Source of the DNA: an uncultured Verrucomicrobiae bacterium
GTDB taxonomy: Bacteria; Verrucomicrobiota; Verrucomicrobiia; Chthoniobacterales; UBA10450
Direction: 5' to 3'
Assembly (NCBI GenBank): GCA_963756875.1
Contig: CAVWPA010000003.1
Span: 1,056,001 to 1,120,000 of the forward strand
Length of the DNA: 64,000 nt
Shown: in pieces, positions 1 through 8,500 of the stretch
Layout: each line of letters opens with the position of its first letter
Position numbering within the stretch: position 1 is the stretch's first letter
The notes under the pieces: model-generated
Seen by the model: only the letters and a program-made list of their open reading frames with translations
The model's database searches: none
What the model was told of the DNA's origin: nothing
Translations under genes and position numbers: made by a program

Positions 1-2052
1 ATCTGGAAGTTTCCACTGACGTTTTCCCAGCAAGCCGCCGCACTTTCCATGGCACACCTTTTTGTGCTCGCAGCCGGCGCTTTCCTCCTCGCTCGGGGTC
101 GGCTGCGCGACAACGCGAACTTCGAAGCGCCCTCACCCCAACCCTCTCCCTCAGGGAGAGGAGGACGACGAAGTCGCCTGGTGAGGGAACTTGCAAGCGA
201 CTCCTTTGCATTGTCGGTCTTCGTTGCGCTGGTCGCTGCGTTGAATGGTTGGATCATCTGCTGGGGGGCGACGGATTGGTTTGGCGCCCTCGGTGCTTTC
301 GCCTGGTTGCCGTGGGCGTGGTGGGGGCTGGAGCGGGCTCTGGCTACCGGCAGGGATGCTGCGTTGCCAATTCATAAGCGGCTTATGATCGGAGCGCTTT
401 GGCCGGCGCCGTTCGTCTATCTGGTCGTCACCGGAGGGTTTCCATACACCGTTCTGATGCTGGCACTCCTGATCGTTTGGTTATCGATCGAATCGTTAGG
501 CCAGACACGAAGTTTTCTGTCCATTTTGCCGATGCTTTTGGGTGTGACGCTTGCCGTCGCGCTTTCCGCGCCGGCCTGGTTGGCGCTTTTTGATTACCTC
601 CATGGCTCGGCGCGGACGATGCAGACGAGTTCAATGCATTTTCAATGGCTCGTTCCACCGGCTGCGCTGCCTGGATTGATCTTGCCCTGCTGGACTGTGA
701 AATGGGCCGATTTTTACACGCATTATCTTCCGCATACAGGAACGGAACTGGCCTGCGGGCTCGTCGCGCCGGCGGCTCTCATTGCGGGACTGCTCAGTCG
801 CGGACGCGCGCCTGTTAGGCGACTCAAGTGGGATCTCGTTCTGCTCGTCGTCACGCTTTTACTCTCGATGGTCCCAACCATCAGCGTCTTCCGCTGGAGT
901 TTTCGCTGGCTGCCGTTTTTTTATTTGGTTCTCGCCTTGTGCGCGGCGGAAGCGCTGCAAGGTGGCATCGGCTTCCAACCGATGTTCACTGGCAAGATGC
1001 CCGTGATCCGGGCAGGCCTGGTCGCTCTAATTCTAGTCGCTGCTTCTGCGATCACGATGTTGATCTTCCACGTTGGCGGGGCTTACGCATTCCCGCTCAT
1101 ATGGATTTTCCTGACGATCGCCGGGATCTGGATGCTGGCCGAATTTCTTTTGCCTAACGAATCGCTGCGCGCATGGCTGCCCGCTGGCGTTACCTTTGCC
1201 GTGTTCCTGACCACCTATCTCTGCATTCCGACCAATCCCGGCGTGCCGAGGTACAATTTCAGCCAGGAACTGCTCAAAGCCGCACCGCTCGATCCGCAAC
1301 GTCTTTACCTGAGCATTTATCCGCCGCCGGAAACGAGTTATCGCGTTGAAGCGGATCCGGGGCCGGTTGGGCAGATCGTTCGACCGGGAAGCACGTCAAT
1401 GTGGAGCAAAGTTCATTTGATTAACGGCTACAGCCCGATCTCAGCGGCGGGGATCGCCTGCGAATTCAAGTTTGCAACGCACGGCGAAATCGATCCGAGC
1501 GTCGCGGAATCTCTGCTCGACGAGGAAGCAGGCCGCGATGGACTGCTGGCGCGTCTCGGAGTTGATGGAATTATCGTCGCGGGAGCAATGGATATGGCGC
1601 CGTCGCCGGAGATCCAGTGGCAGCTTGCATTTGTATCCAATAAAGGACGCGTTTATCACCGGGTCGGTGCGCCTTTTGCCCGCGTTCGATCTGTGTCGTC
1701 AATTGATACCCGACCTAACGAGCAATTTGCAACAGCCGCGATCTCACATATCGACGAGTCGCGAAATTGCGTTGCGGCAGATGTGGATGTGCCGGGCGGC
1801 GGTTCGCCTGCGCTTCTGACTTTTTCGCGTCCGTACTTTCCGGGTTACCAGGCGCGGTTGGGAAATCGAAGCCTTCGTGTTGCGTCGTATCGCGGTTTGT
1901 TCCCCACGGTTGAGGCGCCCGCTGGATCGCATGGCCGGCTGGTGCTGGCTTATCGGCCATGGTGGTTGATCTACGGAGGCGCCGTTGCAATAGTTAGCGT
2001 CGCGGTCTGGATTTTCGGCATTGCGACCGTGCTTCGAAATTTGCGGCGGTAA
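1..2052 (+). CDS. YfhO-like polytopic membrane protein (GT-C-type glycosyltransferase), 5' end outside window
   Basis: Frame is open from base 1 (IWKFPLTFSQQAAALSM...). Many TM segments, a periplasmic domain with INGYSP, and a YfhO-like C-terminus (LLTFSRPYFPGYQARL...YRP plus a final TM). Confidence 0.65.
   Translation: MWKFPLTFSQQAAALSMAHLFVLAAGAFLLARGRLRDNANFEAPSPQPSPSGRGGRRSRLVRELASDSFALSVFVALVAALNGWIICWGATDWFGALGAFAWLPWAWWGLERALATGRDAALPIHKRLMIGALWPAPFVYLVVTGGFPYTVLMLALLIVWLSIESLGQTRSFLSILPMLLGVTLAVALSAPAWLALFDYLHGSARTMQTSSMHFQWLVPPAALPGLILPCWTVKWADFYTHYLPHTGTELACGLVAPAALIAGLLSRGRAPVRRLKWDLVLLVVTLLLSMVPTISVFRWSFRWLPFFYLVLALCAAEALQGGIGFQPMFTGKMPVIRAGLVALILVAASAITMLIFHVGGAYAFPLIWIFLTIAGIWMLAEFLLPNESLRAWLPAGVTFAVFLTTYLCIPTNPGVPRYNFSQELLKAAPLDPQRLYLSIYPPPETSYRVEADPGPVGQIVRPGSTSMWSKVHLINGYSPISAAGIACEFKFATHGEIDPSVAESLLDEEAGRDGLLARLGVDGIIVAGAMDMAPSPEIQWQLAFVSNKGRVYHRVGAPFARVRSVSSIDTRPNEQFATAAISHIDESRNCVAADVDVPGGGSPALLTFSRPYFPGYQARLGNRSLRVASYRGLFPTVEAPAGSHGRLVLAYRPWWLIYGGAVAIVSVAVWIFGIATVLRNLRR
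129..187 (+). repeat. CCCTCACCC...CTCTCCC..GGGAGAGG REP-like family (in-frame copy); other copies at 27991-28047 (-), 39931-39968, 47201-47257
   Basis: Direct sequence similarity among four copies, all with a CTCTCCC/GGGAGAG hairpin. Confidence 0.85.
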
Positions 2053-2203
2053 ACACAACTCGACGGTTTGTTGCATCGCGGCGCGAGTCTTTTTTGCTCA
2101 ACAGCAGCGACGCGGACGCTCTGCGGCCACGGTGGCGGTTTGTAGCAAAAGAAATGGTTCCTCGATCACGAGAAAAGCCATGTTTGAAAATAAACGGCGG
2201 TTG

Positions 2204-3475
2204 CTACCGTTTCCGACGCAACTCGGATTCCGGTGCTTCAAGGGCCGCCGCGGAAAAATAAAATCCGCCGAGACCGACGGAGTGGACCAACACCCGTGCG
2301 ACATCAACGTCGAGCGGCTCCCGGATAATGCGCAGGGGACCGCACGCAGGATCGAGGCGATCGCAATTAAGCGTCGGAGGAACCTGGCCGCGCGCAATTG
2401 TTAGGCAGGCCGCCGTTATTTGAAGAGCGGATGATCCAGCGCCATGTTGCCCAAGCGCGCCCTTGGTTGAATGGATTGGCAATTTTGCCAGTCGAGTTCC
2501 GAATGTTGCTGCCAGCGCCATCCCCTCGAGCCGATCGTAATTGCGTGAAGCGGATCCGTTAGCGTTAAATACCTGCACGTCGTTTGGGGACCATCCTGCG
2601 TTCTTTATGGCGCTTCTGAAAGCCCGGACACATGGCCGCATATCGAGAGCTGGCCGCGTTGCATGATAACGGCGGCGGCCTGAAGATTGAACTGCTGTTC
2701 CTGCGATCGTCGCGTAAGCGCGCGCGCGACGTTTTCGTGCGTGCGATTCGGACTCAACAATAAACGCCGCTGCGCCTTCGCCAATAACATTGCCATCGCG
2801 ATTGATGTCGAACGGCCGCGAGGCTGCCTCCGGCCGATCGTTCCATCTCGTGGCCAGCGATGCTGAGGCGTTGAGCAGAGCGAGAATTTCAGGCGTAAGC
2901 TCGCAGTCAGTCCCGACTACAAGCGCTGCGTCCAATGTGCCAGCTTGAATGGTTTGTGCCGCGAGACCAAGCGCATCCATTCCGGAATTGCATCCGGTGG
3001 AAGTCGTGTGCACTGGTCCCTGCAAGTCAAACTGCGATGACACAACGCAGGCCACGGAATGATTGAATGCGTGAAACGCCCCCGAAGGAGTGAGCGGCCT
3101 GCGGGCCTGCCAGCGATCGCGCAGTTCAAAGCAATATTCCAATTGACCAACAGACGTGCCGACAAACACGCCGATACGTTGTCGATCGGCTGAGCGAAGC
3201 TCGAATGCCGCATCTTCGATCGCCAGGGCGGCGGCGCCGAGCGCCAGTACCACCGGTCGCGGCGACGTTCGTGTAATTGCGCGCCCACCTTCCACGTAGC
3301 GCTCGAGGCGGAAATCTCGCACCTCGGCGCCGATCTTGGAATCCGACCGGCTCACGTCGCATCGTGTGATTGGGCCGATTCCTGATCGACCACGTAGAAG
3401 CGCCTTCCAGAACTCATCGACGCCATGGCCGATCGCGCTAACCGGGCCGATGCCAGTGATGAGCGCCTTTGTCAT
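2204..3475 (-). CDS. FabF-like beta-ketoacyl-ACP synthase family protein with non-canonical active site
   Basis: ITGIGPVSAIG N-terminus, TGCNSG with catalytic Cys, SRPFD..RDGNVIGEGA. The His motifs are altered to NANGSAS and KGALGQH. Confidence 0.85.
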   Translation of the reverse strand: MTKALITGIGPVSAIGHGVDEFWKALLRGRSGIGPITRCDVSRSDSKIGAEVRDFRLERYVEGGRAITRTSPRPVVLALGAAALAIEDAAFELRSADRQRIGVFVGTSVGQLEYCFELRDRWQARRPLTPSGAFHAFNHSVACVVSSQFDLQGPVHTTSTGCNSGMDALGLAAQTIQAGTLDAALVVGTDCELTPEILALLNASASLATRWNDRPEAASRPFDINRDGNVIGEGAAAFIVESESHARKRRARAYATIAGTAVQSSGRRRYHATRPALDMRPCVRAFRSAIKNAGWSPNDVQVFNANGSASRNYDRLEGMALAATFGTRLAKLPIHSTKGALGQHGAGSSALQITAACLTIARGQVPPTLNCDRLDPACGPLRIIREPLDVDVARVLVHSVGLGGFYFSAAALEAPESELRRKR

Positions 3476-3490
3476 CGAGGCGCGAGCGGC

Positions 3491-4042
3491 TCAATTGTAT
3501 CGGCCAAACAGCCAATTGCCCGCGGCATTCTCGTCGTTGCTAAAGTAGAACTCTTTAACACGCTCCAGCGCTTCCTGCTTCGAGATGCGACCATTTCCAG
3601 TCACGTCCAATTTTTCGAACGCCTCGTTTACTGCCGCCTGGTCGCGAATGCCGTAGGCGTCGAGGAAATCTCTAAAGTCATCGTGGGAAAGATGTTCGTC
3701 GTGATTGCGATCGAATGCCTCGAACAAAAGATCGACTGTGCCAACCGTGATCTGCTCGTACATGTCCGGCGCGCTTAACATCTGTGTGTGAAACTCCAGG
3801 AACTCGTCAAGGCTAACCTGTCCGTCGTTATTAACATCGGCCAGCGCCTTGAGATTGCCCCAAATCGTCAGATAGAGACTCTCAATTGCCGAATACTCCT
3901 TTGATCCGGCTTTCCATCCGTGGATTCGGGCGACGTTGGACACGACGGCAGTGTAATCGTTGCGCTCAAGTTGATTGTTGTGGTCCGAGTCCAGCACGGT
4001 GAACAGCCGGCCCAGCTTCTTCTTCTGAAAATCGGTGAGCAT
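3491..4042 (-). CDS. EF-hand calcium-binding protein (calerythrin/sarcoplasmic Ca-binding protein-like)
   Basis: Four EF-loop-like motifs (DSDHNNQLERND, DVNNDGQVSLDE, DRNHDEHLSHDD, DVTGNGRISKQE) and a C-terminal GNWLFG typical of this family. Confidence 0.85.
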   Translation of the reverse strand: MLTDFQKKKLGRLFTVLDSDHNNQLERNDYTAVVSNVARIHGWKAGSKEYSAIESLYLTIWGNLKALADVNNDGQVSLDEFLEFHTQMLSAPDMYEQITVGTVDLLFEAFDRNHDEHLSHDDFRDFLDAYGIRDQAAVNEAFEKLDVTGNGRISKQEALERVKEFYFSNDENAAGNWLFGRYN

Positions 4043-4185
4043 TAACGACTCTCTGTCGGCTGGGTCGCCACTGTCAAGAACGTAAGCAGCCTGCGATCCG
4101 CCCCTTTAAAGCCGCGGTGGCGGAAACATTAATAAATTTTACCGCCGTCGACAGCGGTAACTACAACTTCGTCATTCGCAACTAT

Positions 4186-5389
4186 CTAATAAACGTCGCG
4201 CTTGTAACGCTTCTCGCTCTTTAGTTGCTCGACGTAGGCGTTCGCCTCTTCGACGCTCTTGCCGCCCTGGTCCTGTATGATTTTTCGCAGCGCAGCGTCC
4301 ACATCTTTCGCCATGCGTTTGCGCGTCGCCACAGACTAAAAACTGCGCGCCCTCGCTATCGATCCATTTCCAGATTTCGGGCTCGTGCTCCAGCATTTTG
4401 TGCTGGACGTAAATTTTATGGGCCTGATCGCGCGACCAGGCGCAATCGAGTCGCGTGAGAACGCCGTCGCTCTGGAACTGCGCCAAGTCCTCCCTGTAGG
4501 CATAGTCGGATTTCTCGTGTTGCGCTCCGAAGAAGAGCCAGTTTTTTCCCTTGGCGCCGCGCGCCTGTCGCTCCTGCAGAAACGCGCGGAACGGCGCCAC
4601 GCCTGTCCCCGGTCCAACCATGATGATGGGAGTATCCGGATTTTCCGGCAGATGAAAATGTTTGGCGACGCTGGGATAAACCGGCACCGGAACGTTGTCC
4701 GCGCGTTCGGAAAGGAACGTCGAGCAGACGCCATTGCGAATCCGGCCGCGACTTTCGTAACGGACCACGTCCACGATAAAATGCACCCGGTTGGGATAAA
4801 CGCGCAGGCTGGACGCAACCGAATAAAGACGTGGCTGCAGTTTCGTGAGCAGATCGACGAATTCCTGCGGCGTGAATTTTACGGACGGATGTTCGATTAA
4901 GAAATCAATCACTTCCATGCCCCAGAGGTATGTATTCAGGTCCTGCTTGCGTTTCGGATCGAGCAGTCCCTTAAGCAGTGGCGCAGCGGAGGCCCGATCG
5001 ACGATCGCTCTCAAAAACTTGGGCGTGGGTTGTGTAATGGAACAGTCGCGTGAGAGCGCCTCACGGAAAGGTGTTTGAATTTTCGCCGCCGACACCATTT
5101 CATCGCCTTTTGCCCCAAGGGCGCGAATGATTTCTTCAACCAACTGGGGATCGTTCGTCGGATAAACTGCCAGCGAGTCACCCGGCTCGAAGCTTAATCC
5201 CCAGGCGGTGAGATCGATCTCCAGATGGCGCGTGTCCTTTTCGGACTCGGGGCCGCTCATGCGTCGATTAACGACGAGTTTGCCGGGAAACGGATTTTTC
5301 CGCGTGTACGGCGTCGTGGGCTTGGATGGTTTCGGTCCTGTAGCGGCCGCCGTCTCGGGCGGCAGAACGTTGTCTGTAACTTCCGGCAT
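4186..5389 (-). CDS. CysJ-like NADPH flavoprotein reductase, FAD/NADPH module only; +1 frameshift near 4321
   Basis: PRLYSVASS, GVCSTFL, MVGPGTGVAPFR, WLFFG, KIYVQ, VCGDA. Removing one base at ~4321 restores KRMAKDVDAAL...RYKRDVY* with stop at 4186-4188. No flavodoxin domain. Confidence 0.85.
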
Positions 5390-5509
5390 GTAAATTGGTA
5401 GCGGCGATCTGCGATCGTCGCAAATACTTGCTTCGTGGCATCGGCATCTTGCCGATCTTTAAGCATCGCTCTCGCCGCAGCGGGCAGGCTGTGGAGCGAT
5501 CGGTCCACC

Positions 5510-8500
5510 TCATCGCGGGGGTGGAATTGGGCTCGGCTCCACTTCCGATTCAGAGGGCGAAACTGCCGGAGATGGTGATGGCGTGGGTGCCGGAAGCGAC
5601 GTGAGAACCTTCCCGCTCCTGGTTGTCAAAACACCGCCGGAAAGCGCGACATCTTCCACGCGATACAACTCGCCTTTGCGCGGTTGGAAATCTTTTCCTT
5701 CCCCAGATGTCGATTTTCGATAAAAGCGTTCCATTTCATCGAGATGAAATGGCCGCGCTCCCCGGCGGCCGAAGACGACCGTTTGTCCACCTGTTTCATC
5801 CACCACACGATCGCGGTCTAGTCCGCGCGAGACACAAATCGCTTCACCTTTTGTGCGATAGGTCGCGATCAACTTTGGATTGGGGCGCGGATTGAATCCC
5901 TGCGCGCCGGGGACAGTGTCGGGCGAAATTAACTGCACGACGCGCAGGCCATTTTTACCGTCGGCCACCAGCGCGAACTCGGACGCGTTGACGCTGCCGA
6001 TCTGGACGGCGCGCGTGTCGTTCAATGCGCCATTCGCGCTGAACATCTGGTCGACGAACGGATGCTCCGGGTTTTCGACATCGATGATGGCCAGCCCGTC
6101 CGGCCCATTTGCCACGTAGGCGTAGGTACGCGCGACATACAAACGGCCGGCGTGATTGAGTCGCAGGGTGGCGCGTGGCAACGGGACCGGCCGTGTCGGC
6201 TCGGTGAGATCGACAATCTTCAATCCGTCGTCGTCGGTAATAAAACCGTAGCGAAATTGTACCGCAACGCAGCGTGGGTTTCGCAGGAATCCGTTCGTCA
6301 ATTGTCCCGCGATACGTGGATGCATCGGGTCGCTCACATCGATCACATAAAGTCCGCGCGGCGTCGTCATGTAAAGCCGATGCCCGGCCGCCGCGACAAA
6401 TGACGCTCCGTCCAAGACGCCGTCAGGATTAAAGGTGAGACCTTTTTTTAGGAAATTGTTATCGGGATTTCCATCGACCAATGTGGCGACATTGATGACG
6501 ACAAGGCCCTCGACGCGGTCGGAGACATAAACGAACGCGTAAAACAGGTCGATGGGCTGCTCTTCGTTCTCGGGGATATGCTTCCGCCCGGGGTCGAGCG
6601 CGAGCGTGCTCGGCAAGGCAACGGAAGTTGCGTCAGGCGTGTGCACGTACGTTCGCTGGCCAAGCGGCGAGACCGGCGAAGTCACGATCCGTTCCGAAAA
6701 TCCCTTTTGATCGATATTCGCGACATCGAACGCTTCGAAACCGCCCGGCCCGTTTGCGGTGTAAAGGTATTCGCCGCGCAAGACAACGTCTTGAATATCC
6801 TTTCCCGAATGTTCGTACGCTTCCTGCAATTCGCCGCCCAGTTCGAGGTGCTTTTTGTAATCGGCCGGATAGGCGAGCTTTTGCAGATGACTTCCGATAG
6901 CGGCTTGCGGTTCCTCGGGCTCGGTCCAGACCACGGCGTGGAATCCTTCGCGCCCTTCTCCTACGTAGGCGTAGCGTCCGAAGAAATTCACCGTGCCGGT
7001 GCCGAAGCCTAACAATTGCGCCATCCATGCATTGTTGTCGTTGTTCCTGGACAAATGGCAGTCGGTGCAATTTTTTGTCGTCCCCACGCCGCTCGTTGTG
7101 TGTGGGAAATGCGGATTGAACGCCTGACCACTGTAACCTTCCGCCGAGATGGTTTGCTGCTGGGAATAAACCCACTCCCGGTTCGCATTTTGTGAGCCGA
7201 CCACGACTGCGCTCGACGAGCGAATCACCGCCATCCGGTTCTTTTTCACGCTGCCGTCGAGCCCGAGCATGAAGACATCGTCCCGCACCACCTGCGGATT
7301 GTAAGTTGTGAAGTTCCGATCGGTCACGCCTTCGAATTTGTTTTGCGGCACGCGCTGGTTTGCTTTCATCGGCAAATGGCAGCCGAAACAACTCGTCGCC
7401 CACGAGCTGTGACAGATCTGGCAATCCATCGCCGAGTTATCGTGGGCGAGACGAACCCGGGGCTCGTTATCTTGACTGCTTAAAGCAGTCAAGTTCGCTG
7501 GAGACGTTCTCGTTTCCGGGAGAGGGCCACCCCAGGTTTTTCCATCGATGCGGAGCGTTTTTGCGTAGGCGGACTTTGGATTGTAGTGCGGCGAGAGCGG
7601 ATCGATCGTGTCGATAGTTTGCGGGATTTCCCAGCGCACATCGGGCGACATGCTCGATTGTTGCCAGAGCTTATTGCCTTCCCACGTAAACCGCGGTCCG
7701 AACGGTGTGTTGCTCGTGTGGAGCAAATCGATCTGGCCGGCGTTGCCGCTCGTAATCAGCGTCGGCCGCCGATTGATTGTGCCATGGCAATCGATGCAGG
7801 TGATTGCCGTGGCGTTGCGCGATTCGCCGTAAAGCATCCCGTTCCCGTGAACATCGATATCGAAATGGCAATCGCCGCATTGCATCCCGTCCGCGAGATG
7901 CACGTCTTTCAGGTGAACGGCTTTGGCAAACTTCCGCGGATCGTTGTCGTCGATCTTGTCGTCGTCGAGATCGAGCAGATTGCCTTTGCGATCGTGTTTG
8001 AAGACCGCGCGAAAGACCCATCCGTGGCCGTGGTAATCGGCAAACTGCGTGTGCTTGAGCTCTGGATTTAGCTCGGCGACGTGATCGAGAAAATCCTTGT
8101 CGCCCCAGAGTCCGCGCGCGGCGGCTGCTTCCGGATTGACCATCGTCGCTCTGACCAATTCTCCATCGGTCGGATTGTGCTGCTTTTTCGGATACATGAA
8201 CTCGCCGTCGGTCTCCTGGTCCCACCAGGTGTAACCGAGATACGGATTCACGAAGAGATTCCCCTGGTGCATGTGGCAGTTCATGCATTGGCTGGCCGGG
8301 ATCGAGCGTGTGAATTGATGAATAATCGGATGACCGCGCTCGGTTTTCGGAATCGTTGGATCGGCCGTGAAACTCAAGCCTTCGTGTCCGTATTTGCTCC
8401 ACCAACCCGAGTTCGTTGGCGAACGATCGTTGGCGTACACAACGTGGCAGGCCGAGCAACCGCTCGATCGGTAATCGCCCGGATGATCGTTCGAGCCCAA

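Noticed and set aside
3491..4042. Aequorin-like photoprotein / bioluminescence
   Set aside because: Fold similarity only; bacterial calerythrin-like proteins explain it, and no luciferin pathway is visible.
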